From assembly GCA_030640025.1 (NCBI GenBank), contig DAOWKC010000002.1, forward strand, positions 506,995 through 570,994: a stretch of DNA of 64,000 nt, written 5' to 3'. The stretch comes from Candidatus Woesearchaeota archaeon (GTDB taxonomy: Archaea > Nanobdellota > Nanobdellia > Woesearchaeales > JAGLXL01). Shown piece after piece: positions 56,598 to 64,000 of this stretch. Numbering within the stretch: position 1 is the stretch's first letter; each line of letters begins with the position of its first letter. Made by a program: the position numbers and the translations under genes. The notes below the pieces were generated by a model. That model was not told the DNA's origin. It was given only the letters and a program-made list of their open reading frames with translations, and did no database searches.

Positions 56598-57413
56598 ATG
56601 GTTGAATACAACATTCAAAAATTAGAAAAATTATCTGCACGTATTGATAACTTGCTTGATAAAAGTGCTATGCAAATCTATCGGGCAAATAAGAGGCGAA
56701 ATAAACCAAAAGTTATAAGAGAAATGGAAGGTTTGTTTGGTGAGGATCAAGTCACTATAGATTGCAGAAGTGGAGATTCTGAGATAGATGATTTATTATC
56801 TCATATTATTGATCCCAAAAATATAACTGGAACAATAAATCGTGGCGGGAAAAAATATGAAGCTAATTTGATTTGGAGTGATATTTTGAGAAATGGATTG
56901 GGACCAAATCAATATGAAAGAATTGCTGGAGAAGCTCGTAGACTTGCCTTAAGGCAGTTAGAAAAAGAAGATGGAACTGGTGAAAAAGCACTTTCTTATT
57001 TGGAAAGCAAAGCAATGGACCCAACTCAAAGGTTGAGAGCAAGAAGAGACTGGGTAGGATTCCTAAATTCATATGCGCATGCTGAAAGACTTGTAAGAGA
57101 CCTAGATTATGTTGAATGCCAAGAACTTTTGAGGATGGAAAGCATTGATGTTAAAGCTGTGAGAAATAAATTACCTAGTTCTGTTACAACATATAGAATT
57201 TATTGCTCAGCAGAAAAAATCTTAGATTATGAAGTGAAAAAAGCAATTAAATCTGGAGATTTCTCTGATTATCAGGTTAGGTTAGATTTAATAAATGTTT
57301 TTGAAACGATAGGAGTTCCTGAAGTTCTGAAAAAAATAAGAGAAAGAGCTCATGATGAACGAGAGCATCCGACTGTTAGGAAGGAAGCTAAAAGAATTTT
57401 ATCAAAGAGTTAG
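56598..57413 (+). CDS. Hypothetical helical protein
   Basis: ORF with TATA upstream; HEAT-like end. Confidence 0.55.
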   Translation: MVEYNIQKLEKLSARIDNLLDKSAMQIYRANKRRNKPKVIREMEGLFGEDQVTIDCRSGDSEIDDLLSHIIDPKNITGTINRGGKKYEANLIWSDILRNGLGPNQYERIAGEARRLALRQLEKEDGTGEKALSYLESKAMDPTQRLRARRDWVGFLNSYAHAERLVRDLDYVECQELLRMESIDVKAVRNKLPSSVTTYRIYCSAEKILDYEVKKAIKSGDFSDYQVRLDLINVFETIGVPEVLKKIRERAHDEREHPTVRKEAKRILSKS

Positions 57414-57430
57414 ATGAATCCGAGAGAAAA

Positions 57431-57772
57431 ATGATAAATCAACTTGAAATTACAGACACCTTCTCTGTTGATGAGAAGAAAGCTAAGGTTGAAGAATTAA
57501 GCAGAACCAGAGGTTTTGGTCGCAAGGGAGTTCTACATACTCTTGCTATGGTTCTTGTTCCAGGGTATGTTTTCAAGGAGTTAGGTGAGCAGGAATTAAT
57601 TGATGACCTTAAAGAACAAGTAGGATTACAACCAGAACGTTCTGGACTAGCCAGAATTGAAGACAGTGTAGTTCGACATACCATGGCTTTTGTTTATACT
57701 GGAACTCAATTAGCTGCCTATTTTTCTACACCTTATATTGCAGGTTTAATTAGTGAAGTCTTGAACAAGTGA
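57431..57772 (+). CDS. Hypothetical protein
   Basis: 113-aa ORF. Confidence 0.55.
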   Translation: MINQLEITDTFSVDEKKAKVEELSRTRGFGRKGVLHTLAMVLVPGYVFKELGEQELIDDLKEQVGLQPERSGLARIEDSVVRHTMAFVYTGTQLAAYFSTPYIAGLISEVLNK

Positions 57773-57814
57773 ATTTTCTAAACATTTAATAATTAGTTGT
57801 TGTTTTTTCTTTTT

Positions 57815-58216
57815 ATGAAAGACCATCCTTGGATTGGAATTGATGCGATTATTCTGGATAAGGATAAGATTCTTTTGATTAAGAGAGGTTCTAAAACGTT
57901 TTATGGTATGTGGGGGTTTGTTTCTGGCAAAGTTGACTGGGGTGAAGAAATTAAAGAGACAGTTATTCGCGAAGCTAAGGAAGAAACTAATTTAGATGTT
58001 GAAGTGGTCAGGTTTGTGGGCAGATATTATGACAAGCGAGGGAGACATCCAACCAAGACCATGATTTGCCTGCCGCATATTTGCCGCGTGGTTGGTGGTG
58101 AGTTAAAAGCCGGTGATGATGCTTTAGAGGCCAAGTGGTTTTCTTTGTCAGAGGTTAAGGATATGGATTTAGCTTTTGATCACAAACAAATGTTGGTTGA
58201 TGAAGGGTTGATTTGA
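57815..58216 (+). CDS. NUDIX hydrolase (ADP-ribose pyrophosphatase-like)
   Basis: GKVDWGE...REAKEETNL; AGDDA; AFDH. Confidence 0.9.
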   Translation: MKDHPWIGIDAIILDKDKILLIKRGSKTFYGMWGFVSGKVDWGEEIKETVIREAKEETNLDVEVVRFVGRYYDKRGRHPTKTMICLPHICRVVGGELKAGDDALEAKWFSLSEVKDMDLAFDHKQMLVDEGLI

Positions 58217-58369
58217 GGAAAAACGCCAGCGCCCTTCTTTTAGACTGGTGGTTTAACGCCGACCAAGATTTCTTGATTTAGTGAATAGAAAACCATAGTT
58301 CTTTTATAACTACTGAATAGTGGTTAAAATAGAAAGATTTATAAAGAGAAAGCATTAATTAATATTAAA

Positions 58370-59272
58370 ATGATAACGGGAATGATTATTGGGTTGGCAA
58401 TTGGAATTTTGGCCACATTAGGAATTGTTTATTTAGTCAAAAGAACATACAAATCAGACGACACTTCTAGTTCAGATGTTCTCAAAGGTATTGGCGAGCT
58501 TAAAGAATCAGTTAATCAAGCGTCAACTCAAATGAGGCATTCTCACGATTTCATGACAGGTATTTTTGCAAGTTCAGCTAAACGAGGAGCGGTTGGAGAG
58601 GTTAAACTATCTTCTGTTTTATCAGATATCCTCCCAAAAAAATCTTTTTGCAAGCACACATTCAAGGACGGCAGCCAAATTGACCAAGCAGTTAAGTTCA
58701 ATGGAAAAATTGTTGCTGTAGATTCAAAATTCCCTTTGTCATCTTTCCAAAAATTTAAGGAAGCTAAAGAAGAAAATGAAAAAGAAAGATTATGGAAATT
58801 ATTCCAAAAAGATGTTAAAAATCATATTAAAAGTATTACAAGAAAATATATCAGGCCAAATGAAGGTACTTTGCCTTACGCCTTGATGTTCATACCTTCT
58901 GTTGCTATCAGAGATTCAGTAATTGATGATGATGAACTTCAGGCTTATGCTAGAGAAAATAGCGTTGTCTTTTCTTGCCCAAATGATTTGGGTTATCAAC
59001 TAGCCATGGCTTGTCATTATATTGATGTTGAAGAATTTAGTAAAAACGCTGAAAAAATCATGGGGAACATAAGAGGTTTAGAAGGCTCATTTAATGACCT
59101 ACATGAAGACTATAAAGTTTTGAGAAGTCACGTCAAAAATGCTTTCAATAAAACAAGTGATACAGACAATAGTTTTGGTGAATTTCAAAGAAACATAACT
59201 GAATTAACAAATACTGACGAAAAACCCAAATTAAATGTTGATGGTGAACAAAATGCTATTCAAGAAGCATAA
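58370..59272 (+). CDS. rmuC: RmuC-family protein
   Basis: N-terminal TM, RGAVGE, VDSKFPL, KYI, ALMFIPS. Confidence 0.85.
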   Translation: MITGMIIGLAIGILATLGIVYLVKRTYKSDDTSSSDVLKGIGELKESVNQASTQMRHSHDFMTGIFASSAKRGAVGEVKLSSVLSDILPKKSFCKHTFKDGSQIDQAVKFNGKIVAVDSKFPLSSFQKFKEAKEENEKERLWKLFQKDVKNHIKSITRKYIRPNEGTLPYALMFIPSVAIRDSVIDDDELQAYARENSVVFSCPNDLGYQLAMACHYIDVEEFSKNAEKIMGNIRGLEGSFNDLHEDYKVLRSHVKNAFNKTSDTDNSFGEFQRNITELTNTDEKPKLNVDGEQNAIQEA

Positions 59273-59921
59273 TAATGAAGGCGATTTAGAAAGATTAAAA
59301 GGAGAAATTGAAGATTATCTAAAAAAGAATAATTTTGTTGTTTTTGATGGTAAGATCCCTGAAAGAAATACAATCATCTGGAATGAAAATTGGCAAAAAT
59401 TCTTGGAAACGGCAAAGAGTTTGGAAATTAATTTAATTTCTTTCTCAACTCAAGAGTTTGACGAGGAAGAACCAGGTGAATTTGCAAAATACATTGGGAA
59501 AATATGTATTTTGGAACTGGCTTGGTTTAAAGAAGGTATTATTCATAATCTTGTCAAAGTTCCAAATTGGTTTGAAGATTTCTTAGAGAGTAAAAAGTTA
59601 TTAGAAGTAGATTCAAGATTTGAAGAGAGGTTCAATTGTCAAGATTGTGATAAAAAATTAGGAGAAAACGAATATGGTCGTTGCAGTTCTTGTGAAACCA
59701 AGAAAAAACAAAAAGATCATAAAGTGATCAAGGAATTGGCAGAAAAAATTACTGATGAAGAAGAATTCCAGAATCTTTCTAATAATAAACAAAGAGAATT
59801 TTATCTTGCAGAAAATCACTCAGAAGTTCTAGAAAGATTAAAAGAAGAAGATATCATGATTAATACTTTCTTTTCATTCGCGGGTCCAATGGCGAAGGAG
59901 AAGAAAAAGGCCAATAAATAA
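59253..59921 (+). CDS. Hypothetical protein with CxxC..CxxC
   Basis: CQDC...CSSC. Confidence 0.55.
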   Translation: MLFKKHNNEGDLERLKGEIEDYLKKNNFVVFDGKIPERNTIIWNENWQKFLETAKSLEINLISFSTQEFDEEEPGEFAKYIGKICILELAWFKEGIIHNLVKVPNWFEDFLESKKLLEVDSRFEERFNCQDCDKKLGENEYGRCSSCETKKKQKDHKVIKELAEKITDEEEFQNLSNNKQREFYLAENHSEVLERLKEEDIMINTFFSFAGPMAKEKKKANK

Positions 59922-59987
59922 AATCAAATAGGAATCAAAAGACAAAGGAATTGTGGTGATTAACTTTGCTTTTACAAGTTTAATGGC

Positions 59988-61043
59988 TTAAACAATGATT
60001 AGATATGATCTTTGAGTGGGATAATTTGGGTCTAGTTCAATTACTTTTTCAAATGCTTTTTTTGCTTCTTCTTCTCTTCCCAAATACTTTAATGCGCTTC
60101 CTTTATTATTCCATGCATCTGGGTCATCCGAGTTAATACTTATGGCTTTCTCAGAAGCTTCTAATGCCTCCTCATACCTACCTAAACTTAATAAGGAAAA
60201 TGCTTTGTTAACCCAGGCATTCAAATACACTGGAACTATTTCAATTGCTTTGTCGTAGGCTTCTATTGCTTCTTCGTATCTACCTAGATGATTAAGAGCG
60301 TTCCCTTTATCATACCAAGCTAACGCAAATTCGGGATTTATTTTAATAACTTCATCATAAGCTTCTATTGCTTCTTCATATCTGCCTAGATGAGTAAGTG
60401 TGACTCCTTTATTTTCCCAAGCCATAGGATTAATCTTGATTGCTTCATCATAAGCTTCTATTGCCTCTTCATATCTTCCTAAAAGATCTAATGCAGCCCC
60501 TTTATTGTGCAAAGCCCCTGCATGCGCAGGATTCGTTTCAATAGCTCTGTTGTAAGCTTCTATTGCTTCATCATACTTTCCTAAATCAAAAAGGACATTT
60601 CCTTTAAAAAATAAAGCATCTGTAAAATTGGGATTTTTTTCTATCGCCTTGTCATAATTTTCTATCGCCTTGTCATAATTACCTAAAGCCTCATAAGCGA
60701 GTCCAATATCAAAATAGTCTTTAGATAAATCCTTTACTTGGTTAGCAATCTCCGTAATCTCATCAGGAGTTAATCCTGTTTTCTGATACAACTCATCCGA
60801 ATAGTTGCTGTCAATTGTGCTGATTTGACCAACACCAATTAAATTTGCTTCTTTTAAAGCAGCTATGCATCCCTCATAGCTTTCCGTTTCGCAATCTCCT
60901 TTAGTTATTTCTTGATATACTACCACTGAACATGTGATTACAAGTGTTATAATCGAACTAAGTATAAAAAATCTGGTAGCCCATCTAAACATAAAAGAAT
61001 CTCTGTACAGCCTCTTTAAAGACCATTCTTTTTTCCCTGCCAT
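59988..61043 (-). CDS. Membrane-anchored TPR protein
   Basis: N-terminal TM; about 7 KG..LGRYEEAIEAYD repeats. Confidence 0.9.
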   Translation of the reverse strand: MAGKKEWSLKRLYRDSFMFRWATRFFILSSIITLVITCSVVVYQEITKGDCETESYEGCIAALKEANLIGVGQISTIDSNYSDELYQKTGLTPDEITEIANQVKDLSKDYFDIGLAYEALGNYDKAIENYDKAIEKNPNFTDALFFKGNVLFDLGKYDEAIEAYNRAIETNPAHAGALHNKGAALDLLGRYEEAIEAYDEAIKINPMAWENKGVTLTHLGRYEEAIEAYDEVIKINPEFALAWYDKGNALNHLGRYEEAIEAYDKAIEIVPVYLNAWVNKAFSLLSLGRYEEALEASEKAISINSDDPDAWNNKGSALKYLGREEEAKKAFEKVIELDPNYPTQRSYLIIV

Positions 61044-61124
61044 GTTAAATAAAATTTAGTCTGCTCCTATAAATATTTTGCCCAAAACCATTTGAATTCT
61101 TTTGGTTAAAATATAGCTAAACTG

Positions 61125-61259
61125 TCACCTAGTAAAATAAAACACAAAGAACATAATCAAACCTAAAATAATAAAAACATTAACAAGAATCATACCATAA
61201 CGGTAAAACAAAAGCATCTTCTCAGCGCGTTCCGGTGTCTTGGCAATGTCTTTAAGCAT
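61125..61259 (-). CDS. Small membrane protein (44 aa) at end of ATPase operon, not in ORF track
   Basis: Start overlaps atpD stop; [22 protein letters not shown] plus TM. Confidence 0.6.
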   Translation of the reverse strand: MLKDIAKTPERAEKMLLFYRYGMILVNVFIILGLIMFFVFYFTR

Positions 61260-61878
61260 TTTCTGAGGCTTCCATTCTAGCCTTAATGGATTTTAGTCTA
61301 GAAAAGTTTTCTCTTTCCATTTCTTCGAGACGCATCCTGATGTAAGTACTGTCTTTCTTAATTCTAGGCATGACGATTTTCTCAAGAGCATTAACTTTTC
61401 TTTTAGTTTTCTTAATATCTTCTGCCAAGTTAACAGCAGAGGCTTCGACTTGCGCCAACTGAACAATAGCCTTTAAAGCTTCCCTGAAGTTTTTAGTGGC
61501 CTGGTCTAATTCCAAGGAAGTGCTGACAGAATAAGACATCTCATCAGCAGGAAACTGGCATTCAAATTTAGGGACTGGTACGCCCATAATATTCCTCTGA
61601 GAACTTTCTATTTTAATCTGTGAAGCAACTGAATCAGCGGCTCTTTTAGTCTCTAAGTAACCCATTAAAGCCTGGGCATAGATCAAAGACTGGTAAGCAA
61701 CAGCTAATTTTTCCTCAGTCTCTTTACGAAGCTTCTTTAAATCATCAACTAGCTTAAAAAACTCTGAAATCAAAGCATCCCGCTTTTCTTTCAATAGTTT
61801 ATGTCCTTTTTCTGCCAGTTTGAACTTCTTCTTCAAACGAAGAAGCTCCATCATAGTAGTTTTAACTGTTTTAGTCAT
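61252..61878 (-). CDS. atpD: A/V-type ATP synthase subunit D
   Basis: [36 protein letters not shown]. Confidence 0.95.
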   Translation of the reverse strand: MTKTVKTTMMELLRLKKKFKLAEKGHKLLKEKRDALISEFFKLVDDLKKLRKETEEKLAVAYQSLIYAQALMGYLETKRAADSVASQIKIESSQRNIMGVPVPKFECQFPADEMSYSVSTSLELDQATKNFREALKAIVQLAQVEASAVNLAEDIKKTKRKVNALEKIVMPRIKKDSTYIRMRLEEMERENFSRLKSIKARMEASENA

Positions 61879-63253
61879 TTTTCTTAGGCAGGAATTTCTC
61901 AATGAATTCCAACTTAATTTTCTTTAATTCTTCTTTTGGCAGGACAGACAACAAATCCCAGCCAATGTTAAGTGAAGTATCAATGGCCCTGTTTTCATTC
62001 TTGCTTTGGGTGATGAATTTGTCTTCAAAGGATTTGGCAAAAATCAAAAACTTCTTGTCTAAATCACTTAAAGCTTCTTCACCAACAACTGCAACCAAGT
62101 CTCTTAAACTTCGACCTTGAGCATAAGCACTGTACATCTGGTTAGCAACACCGCTGTGATCCTCCCGAGTCTTGCCAGCGCCAATACCTTCATTCATTAA
62201 TCTACTTAAAGAAGGCAAGACATCAATTGGCGGAAAGATGTTATTTCGGTGCAATTCCTTGCTAACGACAATTTGCCCTTCAGTAATATAACCAGTTAGG
62301 TCTGGAATTGGGTGGGAGATATCTCCCTGCGGCATGGTCAAGATTGGAATCTGGGTAACAGAACCGGGTTTGCCTTTGATTTTTCCAGCTCTTTCATACA
62401 AGTTAGCCAAGTCTGTGTACATGTAACCTGGATATCCACGCCGACCTGGGATTTCATTACGAGCAGCAGCAATTTCACGCAAAGCTTCACAGTAATTAGT
62501 CATATCTGTCAAGATAACCAAAACGTGCATGCCTTTTTCAAAAGCTAAATATTCAGCAGCAGTCAAAGCAATACGTGGAGTAATAATTCTTTCAATAGCC
62601 GGGTCATCTGCCAAATTAATAAAAGCAACCATTCTTTCCATAGCGCCGGTTCTTTCAAAGTCATTCATAAAGAACTTGGCTTCTTCAAAAGTGATTCCCA
62701 TGGCGGCAAAAATAACAGCGAAGCTTTCTCCTTTGCCAAGAACTTTAGCCTGTCTGGCGATTTGAGCAGCAATTTCATTGTGAGGCAGGCCTGCTTCTGA
62801 AAATAAAGGCAGTTTCTGGCCACGAACAAGAGTATTCATGGTATCAATGGCAGAAACACCAGTCTGGATGAACTCTTCTGGGAATTCCCTGGCTGTTGGA
62901 TTGATAGCTAAACCATTGACATCCATTTTTTTTTCTGGAATGATGTCTGGATTGCCATCAATTGGCTTGCCAAGACCGCTGAAAACACGGCCGATCATTT
63001 CACCGGATAAAGCAACTTTCATGGTTTCACCAGTAAAGCGAACAGAAGTGTCTTTGGTGTCTAAATCACGAGTACCTTCAAAAACCTGAACAACAGCAAC
63101 TCCTTCACGAGCTTCAAGGACCTGGCCGTTTTTCTTCTGGCCATTGCTGTCAGTGATTTCAACCAGTTCACCATAAGTGACATCTTCAACATTTTCAACA
63201 ACTAAAAGAGGACCAGCAATTTCTTTGATTGTTTTATATTCTGTTTTTTTCAT
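61871..63253 (-). CDS. atpB: A/V-type ATP synthase subunit B
   Basis: [37 protein letters not shown]. Confidence 0.97.
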   Translation of the reverse strand: MKKTEYKTIKEIAGPLLVVENVEDVTYGELVEITDSNGQKKNGQVLEAREGVAVVQVFEGTRDLDTKDTSVRFTGETMKVALSGEMIGRVFSGLGKPIDGNPDIIPEKKMDVNGLAINPTAREFPEEFIQTGVSAIDTMNTLVRGQKLPLFSEAGLPHNEIAAQIARQAKVLGKGESFAVIFAAMGITFEEAKFFMNDFERTGAMERMVAFINLADDPAIERIITPRIALTAAEYLAFEKGMHVLVILTDMTNYCEALREIAAARNEIPGRRGYPGYMYTDLANLYERAGKIKGKPGSVTQIPILTMPQGDISHPIPDLTGYITEGQIVVSKELHRNNIFPPIDVLPSLSRLMNEGIGAGKTREDHSGVANQMYSAYAQGRSLRDLVAVVGEEALSDLDKKFLIFAKSFEDKFITQSKNENRAIDTSLNIGWDLLSVLPKEELKKIKLEFIEKFLPKKND

Positions 63254-63254
63254 T

Positions 63255-64000
63255 TTACCTGCCTCCTCCTAATTTGTTAAAACTTTTGTCAATCTTTTCC
63301 ATGATCTTCTCCATGTGTTTTTCAAAAGTTTCATTAGGATGTTCCTTCATTCTGGCAATGTCATTTTTAACATCTAATTTGTTAATTTCATCAATAGGAA
63401 CTTTTCTTTTGATAGCATCCATGGCCTGGTCATAGAAATGCAGGATGATTTTCAACATGAAGTATTGTTTTCTTGGTGAACAAAAAGCATCAACTTCATG
63501 GTAAGCGTTCTGCTGCAAAAAGTCTTCCCTGAAAATCTTAGTTACTTCCAAGACAACTCTTTCAGCGACTGGCAGAGCATCCGGCCCTACTAACTGGACA
63601 ATTTCCTGCAATTCTTCTTCTTTTTGCAGTAATTCCATGGCCTTGTCTCTTAAAGCCCGCCAATCTTCTCCGGCATTTTCTTTGTACCATCCTTCGACTG
63701 TGTCTAAATACAATGAATAAGAGTCAAGCCAGTTAATAGCTGGAAAGTGCCGCATGGAAGCCAGGTTTTTGTCCAGGGCCCAAAAGGTTTTGTTAACTCT
63801 TAAGGTTCCCTGAGTAACTGGCTCTGAAAAGTCTCCACCAGGAGGACTGATAGCTCCAATAACAGAGACTGAACCTTCTTTACCGCTTAAAGCAATGACC
63901 CGGCCAGCTCTTTCGTAAAATTGTGAAAGTCTGGTTGAGAGATAGGCTGGATAACCTTCTTCACCAGGCATTTCCTCTAACCTGCCTGAGATTTCTCTCA
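63255..64000 (-). CDS. atpA: A/V-type ATP synthase subunit A (C-terminal part)
   Basis: [32 protein letters not shown]. Confidence 0.97.
   Translation of the reverse strand, partial: REISGRLEEMPGEEGYPAYLSTRLSQFYERAGRVIALSGKEGSVSVIGAISPPGGDFSEPVTQGTLRVNKTFWALDKNLASMRHFPAINWLDSYSLYLDTVEGWYKENAGEDWRALRDKAMELLQKEEELQEIVQLVGPDALPVAERVVLEVTKIFREDFLQQNAYHEVDAFCSPRKQYFMLKIILHFYDQAMDAIKRKVPIDEINKLDVKNDIARMKEHPNETFEKHMEKIMEKIDKSFNKLGGGR

Noticed and set aside
58220-58325. Imperfect inverted repeats upstream of rmuC as another dumbbell element
   Set aside because: Pairing is weak and the conserved cap is absent.
60641-60680. 21-nt tandem duplication (NYDKAIE x2) and other coding repeats
   Set aside because: Ordinary slippage in TPR or low-complexity coding sequence.

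Overview
AT-rich, gene-dense archaeal chromosome segment, most consistent with a DPANN archaeon (Woesearchaeota-like; inferred from TFB, Alba, rpS17e, class I LysRS, A/V-type ATPase A/B/D, EndoQ, BRE/TATA promoters and many ORFans). 0-15 kb is an operon of large secreted Ig-like/Cys-rich proteins plus a class III signal-peptide (pilin-like) protein, interrupted by an MNT-HEPN module. The middle mixes housekeeping and accessory genes. No rRNA, tRNA, CRISPR, integrase or transposase was recognised. Three non-coding patterns stand out. (1) Four stem-loops in a 43-48 kb accessory island share an invariant 14-mer GCAGACTTCCAACA (loop CUUCCAACA) while their stems differ but keep pairing, with many G-U pairs on the sense strand. 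(2) About nine dispersed 40-70 nt insertions have the form X - hairpin - revcomp(X) - hairpin - X, where X is local sequence and one hairpin is usually a conserved AAATC-NNN-GATTT cap; they sit in genes, at an RBS and at a start codon. (3) Accessory genes are flanked by 21-35 bp direct repeats that duplicate promoters or start/stop junctions. Notable proteins: a lytic-transglycosylase-like protein, a divergent proteasome-beta-like Ntn hydrolase, a PHPT1/Janus-like protein and a TPR-phosphotransferase/PHP pair. All calls come from reading motifs by eye; no database searches were run.
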